Source of the DNA: Antechinus flavipes
Taxonomy: Eukaryota
Assembly: GCF_016432865.1 (NCBI RefSeq)
Contig: NC_067399.1
Location: 120,404,001-120,468,000 of the forward strand
Direction: 5' to 3'
Length of the DNA stretch: 64,000 nucleotides
Shown here: positions 1 through 13,357 of the stretch, piece by piece
How positions within the stretch are numbered: the stretch's first letter is position 1
Layout of the letters: the number at the start of each line of letters is the position of its first letter
Position numbers and translations under genes: made by a program
Notes under the pieces: generated by a model
Databases searched by the model: none
What the model was told of the DNA's origin: nothing
What the model saw: only the letters and a program-made list of their open reading frames with translations

Positions 1-125
1 TGCCACAAACATTCTTGCACATACAGGTCCCTTTCCTTTCTTTAGTATCTCTTTGGGATATAAGCCCAATAGTAACACTGCTGGGTCAAAGGGTATGCAC
101 AGTTTGATAACTTTTTGAGCACAGT
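1..125 (-). mobile_element. LINE-1 3' fragment
   Basis: Closely matches the L1 segment at about 20520-20640 (gctgggtcaaagggtatgcacagtttgataactttttgag). Confidence 0.85.
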
Positions 126-130
126 TTATG

Positions 131-270
131 GCAGTGCTTTTTAACCTCTTTGTCATAAACCCCTTGGAGAGCTTTTTGAAGCCCACAAAATCCTTCTAAG
201 AATAATGTTTTAAAATGCATAAAACTAAATGTATAGCATTACAAATTGATAATTCATGAACTCCAAGTGA
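131..270. mobile_element. Non-autonomous hAT-like DNA transposon fragment (related copies near 16945-17090 and 52335-52505)
   Basis: Shared cttaacc..tttgtcat...gaataatgtttttaa..gcataa..aaata core in three places. Subfamily not assigned. Confidence 0.55.
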
Positions 271-282
271 AATGTTGACACT

Positions 283-525
283 GGACAACTAGGTAATGCA
301 GTGGATAGAGTGCTGTGTCTGAAGTCAGCAAGACTTAACTGCCTGAATTCAAATCTTACTTCGTTCACTTACCAGCTGTGTGACTCTAGGCAAATCACTC
401 ACCTCTATGTGCTTCAGTTTTCTAATCTGTAAAATGAGCTAGAGAAGGAAATGGCAAATCACTCCCAATATCTTTACCAAGAAAACCCCAAATGGAGTCA
501 TAAAGAATTGGACATGACTAAAAAG
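283..525 (+). mobile_element. MAR1-type CORE-SINE with BovB/RTE-derived tail
   Basis: tRNA-like head, CORE (ctgtgtgactctaggcaaatcact), tail gagaaggaaatggcaaa..ccaagaaaaccccaaatgg. Confidence 0.85.
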
Positions 526-1349
526 GATCAAAAAGCAATTGAGAAACAAAATTATGTAATGTGATTTGTGAAACAATAGTTTTGACATTAAATTTGCAAA
601 TGTAACCTGAAATGAAAACACTATGCCAGTTTCTCCAGTAAATATACATGAATAAAATATGAAATACAACAGATTTTGGTACGTTTTAAGAATTGCCAAT
701 CATGAAAAAATTTAAGTTTAATCTAGGTTTACAAGGCTGGTTCAATATTAAGAAAGCTTAAGTCTGAAAAAATATCAGCCTGAAAATCTTTAAAAATGAT
801 TCAATGAGGGAATTCAATGAAGTAGATGAGGGGGAAAAGACTTTGAATTCCATCATTGATTTATGATGATCAGAAGAAAAAAAACTCCCAAGAACAGGAA
901 TAGAGGAATGTTTTTAATACAACAAAACAATATTGATTTGAAACTATGAGTTTCTTATTGTAATAAGAAGAAATACTACAAGCATTTACACTGAAAACAG
1001 ATATAAAACAGGGATAGTCACTTTTTGCCATTTTGACTTGATATAGAATAGAAAGTGTGTTTTAGTGACAAAGTTTTGGAAAGTCAGAGAAGTTAGAGTT
1101 TGAACTTATCCATTTACAGGTAAGAAACTAAGGCCTACAGATGATGGGCAAGATCATATTAGACTAGGTAATTGCTAAAACCTCTTGTAATTTTAAAATT
1201 TTATGGGTCAACAATATTAGAAATGTAGTGATTATAATTTCTTTTTTTTTTAAACTGGACCTGTAATTGAATTGGTATATGGACTTCCTGGTGAGGAATT
1301 TTTTTCTGCCAATAGGAGTTGATATCTTCTCTGAAATTCACAATCTTAG

Positions 1350-1690
1350 AGTAGTGATTCTCAAAATGTGGTTGATAAACTTTTGGAGATCCTTAAGAGT
1401 ATTTTAGGGGTTTATGAAGTCAAAAATTACATTTTCATACTAAGACATTATTTGCCCATTAAGATACTCCCTCCCTTTTCTAACTACATATTTGTGTGAG
1501 GCTAGATTTTTTTTTATATCTCTATATATTTAACAAAATAAGATCTTGACATCTTAATGAATTGAAATTTTTTATAATTATCAATGTTAATTTCTAATAT
1601 GGAAAATTCAGTAGACTATAAGCCATATGAACATAAGCTTCTTGAGATCCTCAATATTTAAAAGTGTAACGAGATCAGAAAATGGTTGAC
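1350..1690. mobile_element. hAT/Charlie-like DNA transposon fragment
   Basis: agtgattctcaaaatgtggt...actacatatttgtgtgaggctagattt...gagatcagaaaatggttga. Confidence 0.5.
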
Positions 1691-2321
1691 TTGGGCACAT
1701 AACCATTCTGCGCCAGGGGCAGAGCTTAAACTCAGGTTTTCCTGTCTCAGAGCACAGTTCTGTATTTGTTACACTCTATTTGTTATTCCTCTTAGTTGAA
1801 ATAAAAGTAGGAACAATAAATTAAAAGTATTAGCATTGGACAGAAAAAGATTAAAATAAAATTATTAGCAGTTGTCATTGTTTACCAAAAATCTATCAAC
1901 TTTCATAGAAACTAATTGAAATGGTAAGTTCAACAGCATCCTGTAGTTGAGAGAAAAAGTTTGAAATCAGAAAGACTTAACAAAAGACTATGTTAGCTGT
2001 AAATAACCTTGGATAAATCTTACTTAAACTTTTCTGCAAGCAAGTCTGTAAGACTTTTATAGACTGGTTGCTCATCTTTATCAATGGTGAGAATTTCTTT
2101 GTGAAGTCATCTTGTACCATTGAAATCTCAGATTTGGTCTAAAAAACTTAAAATATATAAGATAAACCCACAAAAATAAAACTGGAAAGATTTTAGCATT
2201 CACATGTGATTCAGATGAATGTGGTAAAAATGGCAATTTTTTCCCCCATTTTTCAGTTGTGTCTGATTCTTCATGACCACATTTGGAAACATAATGAAGT
2301 GATTTGTTTGAAGCTGATTCT

Positions 2322-2484
2322 CCAGTTTATTTTACAAATGAGTAAACTGAGGCAAATAGGGTTAAATGATTTACCCAGGGTCACACAGCTAGGAAGTATG
2401 TCTAAGGCCACTTTTGAACTCATGAAGACGAGTCTTTCTGGCTCCAGGCCCAGCTCTCTATCCACTACACCACCTATCTGCCCC
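2322..2484 (-). mobile_element. CORE-SINE (MAR1/MIR-like)
   Basis: attttacaaatgagtaaactgaggca...cacacagctag...ctatccactacaccacct. Confidence 0.8.
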
Positions 2485-4035
2485 TCCCCCCCCTCTCAAA
2501 ATAGCAATATATCCAAAATAAATTTCTTGATTTTATGTATAATGTTAATCAAAATCATTTTCTAAAACAGCTAGATAGGATCAAGAGGAAATTTATGTGG
2601 AAAAATTTATGTGGCCATTGCATCAGAGAGCACCTTGAGAAAAATAAAATTAAAAAAAAAAAACTGATACAATTAGACTTTTGGTCCTTGGTTTTTAAAA
2701 CACATAAAAAGCATTTGTCATCAAAACCATCCTATTTGGGGCAATAAATAGGAACCCAAATGAATGGAGTAGAATAGACATGTCAAGAACAGAAGCAAAT
2801 ATATGCAAAAGATTAATGTTTGAATAAACCCAAGGGAAATAAAAACTGTGGAAATTATTCATTATTTAATGATTGGTGGGAAAATTGGGTAGCAGTATGG
2901 TTAGAAATTAATTTAGCACCTCACCACACACCATATAACATAATAATTTCTAGTAATATCGTAGACTAAATCATAAAAAAGAACAACAAAAAAGACTGAA
3001 TAATAAATGTATCTTGACTATAGATGAGATATGGATGTTTATCTTTTAAATAAATTGAAATAATTATAGAGAGCAAGGTGCATGGATTAGAATTAATAAA
3101 AAAGTCTGTCCAGTAACAAAAATTACTAGGACTTTTTAAATTATGAAAAATATTCATAGTAATTTACTTTTATTATACTGAATTTAATATTCAGTAAAAC
3201 AAAGAATTTCTATATCAGAGCAAAGAGAAAAAAGGTTATGCATGAAAACATCAATTCTCACAACATAAAGGTTGCTTTTCAAAAGTAAATAATAAATTCA
3301 ATATGTTACTTTCAAAGCTGTCCTGCTTATTGAACTTCTTTCTCTTCTATGCATTTTAGAAATTGTCTTAATAACTTTTTTCTTTTTCTTAAGTAACTTT
3401 ATTGCTAGTTTCCCCATTCCCCCATTATACATAGCAATCATGTATACAGATAAAATATATTCTAACTTCCTTGTGGATCAAATATATTAAAATTTTAAAA
3501 ATCACAAAGAAATAATGGAAAAGCAGACATACTCATATTTTGGTGAAATAACAGGTAGCTGGAATCTTTTTGGAAAGCATTCTGCTTATATTATGTTGTG
3601 TTCTTAAAATATCATAGCCATTGATCCGATAATCTGATAATTGAGAATGTATCTTCAGTATTACAAAGCAGAGGAAAGGGACTATCAGCTACAATATGCT
3701 GACAGACGCATTATTTATAATTGCAATAATCAGTCTATTTTCTGATGACCAACAATGGGTTTGCAGTATATCAAGCTAATGAAATATTATAACTCTAAGA
3801 CCATAGTTGAGGAATATTAACAATGTGAAAAGGTCTGTAAAATTATTTTAAATGAAGAAATCAGAACCAGAATATCAGCTTGTTGGCCATGGTATGTGAA
3901 TAGTACATAAATATCACTGTAAATGGACAAATGAAGGCAATCTGAAATACAAGAAAAAGTCTTTCATAGGACATCAAGGACAAATAAAGTTACATTTTCC
4001 CTCCCAGGCTCCTCCTTGAGTTTTTAAAGGTCATT

Positions 4036-4268
4036 TTTCAGTTATGATGGCCTCTTTATGATTTTCTTTGAAGTTTTCTTGGCCAAAATTCTAGAATAGT
4101 TTGCCATTTCCTTCTCCAGCTCATTTTACAAATGAGGAAACTGAGGCAAACAGGATTAAATGGCTTGCTTAGGGCTACATAACTAGGAAGTGTCTGAGGC
4201 CAGATTTGAATTCATGAAGATGAGTTTTCATGATTCCAGGCCGGGCTGTCCATTCACAACACCATCTA
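4036..4268 (-). mobile_element. MAR1-type SINE
   Basis: gtttgccatttccttctccagctcattttacaaatgaggaaactgaggca. Confidence 0.8.
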
Positions 4269-5039
4269 AAAGGACTCATGTTCTCCTCTGATCTTGAACT
4301 CTTCCTTTCTCTATTTAAGAATACTTGAGAATTCAGAGTTTGAACTCAGTCCCGCTGTAGGAGATGGAACATGGAGCAGTAGAAAGAGACCTGGGGCTCT
4401 ATAGTTAGAAGACCTACATTGTGATTTTTTACCCATTGTAATCAATTAGTGAGATTAGGAGCAAGTTAATTCACTTTCCTGATCCTCAGTTTCCTAATCT
4501 ATAAAATAATGCACTGTAATACATGGTTTCTTTTTGGCTTTTAGTTCTGGTTTGATGGTCCCTTACTAGGTAAAGACCTTCCTTGATCCGTCAGCCGATT
4601 TCCGACTTTGACCTCTTGACTATATTCTTTACCAAGCTCAAGGAATTGGAGCTGACCTCACTGATGATCTCCCTAACTATATTAAATATTTTATTTTATT
4701 TATTTTTTTGATAAAATAAAGGACCCTGCTGGGGGACAGGGTATACTGGATCCTAGTCAAAAAAGACCAGTGCAGTAATTCAGTGGATCTGAAGTGAAGA
4801 CTATTGATCACAAAGGATGGTCTGATTTAACAATTTTCTACTTTATGAGAGAAGGTATTGTGAAGAATAATCAGTACATTGCCCTAAACTCAGAGGGGTT
4901 CTCTGAAAGAATATTAGCTGCTATAATTTTTGTAAAATTGCTTAGGTACAGAGAGGAATGGTTTCAATGTCCCCAGGTAGTTGTCCATTGTTGGAACCAG
5001 AGTGTAAATCTTTAAAATTGTACTCATTAACTGGTTTTC

Positions 5040-5565
5040 TTGCTTCCAGTCTCTCTCTTTCCAATCCACATTACATAGTGTCTTGTTCCACACTAATCTT
5101 CTAGAAACATTCATTTCATCCTGTCGTTTTGCTACTCAGAAAATGTAATAAAAGCCAAAGTCCAAATTACCTTCACAAGCAGACCCCATTGCAGCTAACC
5201 CCTAAACACAGGCCCTCTGTTCTTGCCAAGGCTGGTCTCTTTTTCCTGGAACACACACTATATTCCTTCCGACATAATGCAACATGTCTGGCTCACATCC
5301 CACCTTTACAAAAAGAAAGCCTTTCCCAACTATTCTCCAGCCAATTTATATTCCCTTTCTCTAAAATTCAATAGTATTTATCTTCTAAATCTCATTTCGG
5401 TATTTAGTCATATATTGTCATACATTATGATGTAACTTGCTTCATGTGCAACTCTTGACTTAATGACTAAATTGTAAGCTGGATATGTTTTACATTGTTT
5501 TTGTATACTCTCAATACCTAGCATAATGCTAAGCATCAGCAAATGTAGAACTGAACGAAATTCTA
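5040..5565 (+). mobile_element. L2 LINE 3' fragment (representative). Similar pieces near 44090-44310, 49780-50200 and 53030-53320 (+), and 13680-13930, 15870-16400, 17150-17560, 23560-23780 and 27300-27560 (-).
   Basis: L2-type 3' end (ttgtatact..cctagcataatgct..gcaaatg) and its reverse complement. Confidence 0.6.
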
Positions 5566-6381
5566 AGCCTTATCCAGTCTTGTAAGTGGATGTGTTAGAT
5601 AAAAATACATGTAGTTCTATATTACATATATTTGTAGCACATAATACAAATGTATCATATTGTAAATAAAAATATATAATTTAGTTATATGTAATTTAAA
5701 AAATGTTATACTAATGGAAAGATATTTTACAAAGGAACTATATACAGTGTGAACTTTTAAAAGCAAGACATTTACCCCTCAGGACTGAAAATAAAACATA
5801 TATTATATTACAATTTATAATTATTTGTAATTTAGTGCAAAAAATTGAAATGACTTTGAAATTTGAAATGACATGCAGTACCGAATGCATCACTGTATCA
5901 CCACATTCAGTTTAACTTTTGATATGCCTATTTAGTGCTGAAAAGAACTAGTAATAGAGGTGGGCCTGAGAGAGACATTTTATAGCTAAGTCAAGGAACA
6001 AAGAAAAAAAAAATATTTGTATTGCTCCTCACTTCATGTTTAGTTTTAGCCTCAGTTTTAGAATATACAATGTATAAGCACATAGTTGACCTAACCATTT
6101 TTCTATGTGTTTTATGGCAAAGATTCTAACCTGAACTCTTTGAACTTGATTTAAATTTTTTTATAATTGTTATTTCTATAATATATTTGGTTTCCTCTGT
6201 TAATCTAATATAATTATATAATATAATAACCATTCCCAAATAGATTGCACTGCCTTGGGATCAAATAGTTACATGCACTTAAAATCATATTCTGAGGTAG
6301 GGTACATGAAGTTCAGCAAACTGCTAAGATGGGTACATGATACCAAAAAAGACATTTTTTTTTCATATTTTTCATATTTGA

Positions 6382-6516
6382 GGGACACCTACATGATACA
6401 GTGAATAGAGCACCGGCCCTGGAGTCAGGAGGATCTGAGTTCTCCTCAGACATTCAACACTTAGCTGTGTGATCCTGGGCAAGTAACTTAACCCCGATTG
6501 CCTCACAAAAGAAAAA
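6382..6516 (+). mobile_element. WSINE1-type SINE
   Basis: gatagagcaccggccctggagtcaggaggatctgagtt...cacttaaccccgattgcctc plus A tail. Confidence 0.8.
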
Positions 6517-6969
6517 AGTTAACGTTTTTAAAAAGTCATATTTTATGATATTCTTATTGGGGTATGGGAAAGCTTTATATCTAAATAAGTATTTATAGAT
6601 TTAAGGCTAGTTAATGTTGTCCAAGAACTGGGTTCTTGAGGAATTAGGGGAAGGTCATGATTCAGAGAATCATTCTTCTGGATAGATGACAAGCCTTCTC
6701 AAGTGTGGCTATCCATCATGTTCTGTACTTGGAAACTAGTATTAAATCCTTCAAGAGCAGCCTTTTTGGTCAGGGTTTCTTGTGTCACAAAGTTGTTACT
6801 GCCCTGTAATCTGTTGAAAATAAGCCCTGGACATAAACTTCTCTTTTTGGTCAAATTTGTGAATAGCATGAAGCTGGGACTAGTAACTTACATTCTGAAT
6901 GAGAAAATTGGAGACCAAAACTTATCTGTTAAACCAGAAGGATAATTTGAAGCTTCTGGTGTCCTGTGA

Positions 6970-6971
<2 letters not shown>

Positions 6972-7016
<45 letters not shown>
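6972..7016. repeat. (TG)n microsatellite
   Basis: Direct reading. Confidence 0.97.
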
Positions 7017-7019
<3 letters not shown>

Positions 7020-8310
7020 GTGTTTAAAAAGATCCAACTTTATAAGCATAGGCTGTATAAGCAACATGGCTAGAAAGCAGGTTATGTAAAAAGCCCTGGA
7101 GATTTTCATGAACTGCAGCCTTACTGTGAGTCAACAATGTAGTATGGCAACTTTGCCCCATACCTCCCTTTCCCCCCCAAAAAAAATCCCCAAAACAACC
7201 CACTAATGAAATCTTCACTTTGTTTCAAAAAATATAGTATATAGAGTGAAGAAGATAAGTGCCTCGCTATCTTTTGCTCTGGTCACAGCTGGAGGACTGT
7301 AGCCAGGAGAAGTCAAGGGGATAGAAGATAGTCAGGGGAATATCAACTGTGTAATAGGACATTAGTTTAGAGAATGGGGGACTTCCAAGGAGTCGTGATA
7401 ACTGGTGGTCTCTTAAATTCTTGCAGAGATATCAAGTTTGTTCTGCTTTATTATAGATAGCAGAATGAGAAACAGTTTTTAGAAATTACAGAGAGGCATA
7501 TTTGGACTCAAAATAAGGAAAAACTTCTTAACAGTTGGTATCATTCTCAAATAGATTGCACTGCCTTGGGATCAAATAGTTCCTGGCCATTGGAATTCTT
7601 TAGAGCTGGATAATCACTTGTTAGACATGTAGGAAAGAATCTCTGCTAATATGATTTCTGACATCAATTTCAGTTGTACTTCCTGTTGATTTTACAATCA
7701 AGCACATATCCTTTCTAGATTTGTCAAGAAAGATCTAAAGAGATAACGTAATAAAGATGGATGAATTCTGTAGATCAGTAGAAAAATAAAATTGAGTATA
7801 TTTTGGTTAAACACAACAAATTTTATAGCTATAGTAGGGACTAACAATAACAAATTCATGAAATGGAGTTCTGGTTATGATTCTGCATAAGTTAGCCTAA
7901 GTAAAAACATACATTCTAGACCAGCAAATGAAAATGTTTGCTTAATCTGGATCTCTGCTTGGAAAGGCAAATTATGGGAAATTCTGATATCTTTGATAAA
8001 AATTTAAATATATTATCATTAGTTAATGGTCACTAGTAAATGCAAACCATCATATATGAAAAAGAAAAAATAATGAGGCTTGAAAACTGAATCCTACTGA
8101 ATGAATTTACTGTTTGAGATTTGGATTTTTTTTTCCTGTTGAGAACATGAAGTAGTGTTATATACATTTAATTAAGGACATCAATAGTTTTGCAATCTTC
8201 ATGGAGGTTTCACAAGTCTGTGAAATTATGATGCCAACTTGCCATTTGGGTATTGTTAACCTTGATGCTGGTTTTTTCAGTATTTCATATGTCCATTGAT
8301 TACTTTATAG

Positions 8311-8550
<240 letters not shown>

Positions 8551-8649
8551 TAGAGTGGGACATACTTATATCATCACATTATGTGTTTCCAAGAATACTG
8601 GGTATAGACTCTCTGAGTCCAGATCCCATCTCTGTTATTTATTATTGCT

Positions 8650-8943
8650 CTTCAGTCATTTTCAGTTGTCCCACTCTCTGTGACTCCATTTGTGGTTTTC
8701 TTGTTTAAAATACTGGAGTGGTTTGCCATTTTCTTTTCCAGCTCATTTTACATATAAGGCAAACAGGGTTAAATGATTAGCTAATAAATTTTTACAACTT
8801 ATTATTATTATTAAGTTATTAGCTAACAAGTTAGTAGCTAGTAAGTAATTACAGTGTCTCAGGCTAGATTTGAACTCATGAAGATGAGTCTGCCTGACTC
8901 CAGACTTTGTACTTTGTGCACTGTGGAACCACCTAGCTGCCCC
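8650..8943 (-). mobile_element. MAR1-type SINE just downstream of exon 9
   Basis: ggagtggtttgccattttcttttccagctcatttt...tttgaactcatgaagatgagtc...ccacctagctgcccc. Confidence 0.8.
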
Positions 8944-9289
8944 TCTTATTCACTAGCTATAAGTTTATACTATAAACTAGTCCCTTAACTTGAGGCTTAG
9001 ATTTCCTTCTATAAAATGATATTGCCTACCACAATGGGGTATTATGAGATGAGGTTGCATTGATTGACCTCCGTTATCCTGTGATCTTTTATTCTGATTA
9101 AAGCAAATGAGCCTTTGTACCTTTTAGTGTTTGTATTCTTTGTTTCAAATGTATGCAATTAAAATAAGGAATACCTATGAAAAGAACTTTGTTTATCCAC
9201 AATTATTGTTATAGTTAACTGGCTTTCACTCTGAAATCAGCTTTCATGCACACTCAGACCATTCATTTTAATGAAAAGAAATCAACATT

Positions 9290-10650
9290 AGTACAAAGCT
9301 GGTAGAAGAGTAAAAATGAGAAAAATGATATGGAAAGATAAAAAAGATGAGCCAAAACAATTTTATCCTGGCCTTTTTAAAAATTAAAAAAAAACGATTT
9401 ATTGATGATGAAAAATGGCCTATGGATAGAATACAGGACGTAATCTACAACAATTTCATGCAAAAGTATAAGCAATTTAAATTAATTGCCATAATAAGGA
9501 GACTAAAAGCATTAGTCATCAAACACTTCACTACTTTTCAAGAAGGGAGAGATAGCATCCTAGACCAACACTGGATTGTAATATAAAATCTTTTGCAAAA
9601 TTTTAAAGGAAAATTGATGGTAAATCATTCAAAATGTTTTGTCATAAAACAAGAACAATGGAGAGTAAAAATAATGTATATAAAGTCTGATAAGAAACCT
9701 AACAAGGCAGTTATCCTAAAGACATTTACGAATGAAAGGCAATAGAAAAAAAATGGAAATTATTATGACAAACTTTTTTTTTTTTTTTTTACCATGGCGC
9801 ACATTTGGATTCAGCATCACAGTGCAGATATGTTGATAGAGGAGGTAAAAATGACATTAAAGGGGCAGTAATGGGGGAAAAAAATCTGAATTAGATCAAG
9901 TGTAAATGGAAGAGATTTGTACCATAGTTGATACAGTGTTGAGGATACTGAGATTCACAAAGTAGATCTAAAGGAGAAGACACCAAAGTCATGGAAACCT
10001 TATTAATAATGAAAAAGCTGACATCCACCATTGACCTACCTCTATATCTATATATAAAATTTTTATGAGGATAGTTTGCTTAAGCACATCAAGGACATTG
10101 TTGATGAAGTAAGAGTAGGGAACATAAGTGGGTTTTGAAACATAATTTTCTATAGTCAACCATATCTTTATCCTCACATTCATAACTTCACAATCATCAT
10201 TTAATACCAATATCTTCCTGGTGATGCTGTATGTCTGCAAGTCATGGAACATTATGGTTTCCAAAGAATTCAAAATTAGTATCACATAAAGGGCACTGGA
10301 GAGATTCATAGTAATGTGAGTTGACTGGTATTACATAACAAATAAGAAATTTTTAAAAGAAATGAAAATAAAGGATGTCATCAGAGAAAAGTATAATGGA
10401 AAAAGATGACCTGCTAGAATACTAGAATGAATGATGTGTCACTAAAATAAGAACCAATCTATGTACTCTACTGGTGTTCTCACAATGTCAGGTGAAATGA
10501 AGGTATCCTCTAGCATGTTGGGTGGACCACTGTGGCAAACTTAAGACAAGAATTACACAGAATGAGAAGTCATGAATGGATTTCAGTCTACATCTGTTAG
10601 GGGGAGAATTTACATTAATGAAGGTCTAGAGCCATTCAAGCTACCAACTT
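9290..10650 (+). mobile_element. Degraded RTE-clade LINE fragments
   Basis: 3' end resembles the marsupial RTE tail (gggtggaccactgtgg...gacaagaattacacagaatgagaagtcatgaatgg). Boundaries approximate. Confidence 0.55.
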
Positions 10651-11447
10651 ATTCTTTTATTTACCAATTAATTCTCCAATTCAGACATAGACAATAATGG
10701 CAATCTCTACTTAGTCCAAAGTCATTTGCTTCTCGAATTAGATTTTGTCTCTGAACAATGTGGGGATTAAATTAATTGGCAGATGAGGTTCCTTCCAGCT
10801 CTCAAAGTCCATGAGAGAGACAGCACACTCCTGTGACCTAGTATATAAGGTATACTGGACTTGGTATCAAAAGATCTGGTTCAACTCCAGATAATAGCTC
10901 TTACTAGTTGTGTGACCATGGACAAAATCACTTTATCTTTCTAAACTCTTCAATGTTTCCATTTGCTAATGGGGACAATAAGAAAGTATATCTTACACTA
11001 GGGGCTATTGTATCAAAAGCCTTAAATATGTTTTTTTAGGAGGAGGTTGTGTTGTTGCTAGAAGAGTAAGTGTGTGCCTTTTGGTGAAGTTGAGTGGATT
11101 TTATGGATTATAAACCATTATTACATGGGTACATTGAGTGACAGCAACTAAGTCGGACTGAGCAATAGTCAGTTTAATTAGCATCATTTGTATCATGTGC
11201 TACACAGGTCACCTCCTATGCTGCCACAAGGTGTATGCTGAGTTAATGGGAGGAATGAGCATTCTTACCCCAGTCGGAGTGAGATCAGAAGAAAAACACT
11301 GGTCCATGTATTTTCCATCATCCACTAGTCATTTTGTTCTTCTCTCTGTCTTGTCCACAAAGGTGCATGGCATCTTACTGCTCTTGACTATTCCTGATGG
11401 TTTGGAGGTTAATTTTGTTTTCTTTGTTTGTTTGTTTGAATCTACAG

Positions 11448-11527
11448 AACTCTCCCATCCCTGCTAAGCTTCCAGAACCAGTGAAAGCCAGTGAGGCAGC
11501 TGCGAAAAAAACCCAGCCAAAGGCCAG
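11448..11527 (+). CDS. AAK1: AAK1 exon 10-equivalent: [26 protein letters not shown](R)
   Basis: tctacAG|AAC acceptor, CAG|GTAAAA donor, 80 nt, phase 0 to 2. Confidence 0.97.
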
Positions 11528-12107
11528 GTAAAAACTATTTGGTTAAATTCTTCATTTCTCAGTGGGAGCAGTCAGGGTGATAATCTGCCCCAGAACCAAG
11601 GGGGCACTTGCAATCTGCAGGAAACTCTTTGAGGTGATCATATCTTTGCAGTAGGTAAAAAGTCATGACCTATGATTTTATCAAGGTAAGGATACTTCCA
11701 GTGTGTACATTCTATCTACCAGTGCTGATGAGTATATGATACTTAAGAGAGTTAGCTGGGCTAATTAAATGACTTATCTGTGATCACACGTCTAGTGCAT
11801 CAAGTACATTTTCAACATAGATTTTTTCTAACTCCTAAGACCAGCCACACATAAGTCCACTCTGATACCTTCTGTCCCTTAAAGTGACCATAAAATAAAA
11901 ATGATTTTCCTAATATAGCTACCAAAACATCTCCATCTAAGAGTATTGTCCCTTGGAAGCAATCCCATTGGAATGCATATACTTAACTCCATTGAGGCTG
12001 TTGGTGGATCAGACATTCCTGAACATGACTATCCTTTGACCCTTGCTTTCAAAGGTTTTTATTAGCAGCTGAGTGTTATAGACCTGGAATCAAGAAACTT
12101 GGGTTTG

Positions 12108-12281
12108 AGGGGCAGCTAGGTGGCACATAGGATAGAGCACCAGCCTTGAAGTCAGGAGGATCTGAGTTCAAATTTGATCTCAGATACTTAACACTTCCTA
12201 GCTGTGTGATCCGGCAAGTCACTTAACCCCATTTGCTTCAGCAAAAAAAAAAAAAAAAAAGAAAGAAAGAAAGAAAAAGAA
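12108..12281 (+). mobile_element. WSINE1-type SINE with a perfect 16-bp TSD, inserted in a MIR-like element
   Basis: TSD AAGAAACTTGGGTTTG at 12092-12107 and 12282-12297. A-rich tail with (GAAA)n. Confidence 0.93.
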
Positions 12282-13199
12282 AAGAAACTTGGGTTTGTAT
12301 CATGTTTTTCTTATTTCCTAGTTGTTTGGCTCTGGGAAAAAACATCTCACTATCCTTAGTTTCCTCATCTATGACATAAGGAAGTAGGAGACTTTAATTT
12401 CTAGATTCTCTTCTAATTATGTGTCTAACAATATTAAGATTATGTGAATTTTTCCTAAGATTAGGAATCCCAGACTCCATACCTCCTAGCTGCTAGAGTT
12501 GGGATCCTTTCTTCAGTGTATCTAAATAGGAAATGAGAGTAATAATATCCATATTATCCATCTAACAGGGCTGTATATGGAAAGTATTTTGTAAACCTTG
12601 AAACCATGTAGAAACATGAGTTGCTGTACTTCAAACCTTATGAGGATAGTGCATATAAATAGTCAAACAGATAAGTCATATCCATTTCCATGCCCTCATG
12701 GAAGTTCTATTCTATATTAGGTATATAGCCCAGCAGAAAAAAATAGCAGAGGATTCTCTTCATTTCTCCGTATTAAGACCAAATAATAAAGTAACAGAAT
12801 TTTAATTGTTTGCATGAACTTGCTTTTTTCTTAGTCCCACACAGAGCCATGTGGAACCTTATATTAATGGGGCCCCAGAATTAGTTGTGGGCACATAAAG
12901 ATGTACAGTAGCCAGATGGTGTCTCCAAATGCCTCAGTGTGCTTCTGGCCCTTTGTCTAATCACGTGTGTCTTATTCTTCAATCTTAATGTGAGTGATGA
13001 GCCCTCTCCCTTATTCTCTTTACTCTCCAGTGTTCTCTTGAATAATCTGCATTCTGCTTAATGTTTTTTTGCTTTATACCATCTTATTTTCTCTCCTTTT
13101 TTTCTCTTTCTTAATTTTTCCTCCTAAAGTTTCTTTAGAGGCAGCACAATGTAAAGAAACTAGACTTGGATAGCCAAGAGAAAAAGTCTGAACTCTCCT

Positions 13200-13357
13200 T
13201 TTATTTTTTTTTAATTTTTCTTTTTTTTTTCTTTTTGTGAGGCAATTAGGGTTAACTGAATTGCCAGAGCAACACAGGAAGTGTCAAGTGTCTGAAGTCA
13301 GTTTTGAACTCAGGTTCTCCTGATTCTAGAACTGGTAGTCTATCCACTGTGCCATTT
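13200..13357 (-). mobile_element. WSINE1-type SINE
   Basis: T tail, then gaggcaattagggttaa...ttgaactcaggttctcctga...ctatccactgtgcca. Confidence 0.8.

Larger units (their letters stand above)
690..3200 (+). mobile_element. Highly degraded old L1 ORF2 fragments (about 720-1050 and 2560-3200), interrupted by younger repeats
   Basis: caaggctggttcaatattaagaaagc (QGWFNIRK-like) and ctcaccacacaccatata (LTPYT-like) remnants. Confidence 0.55.
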
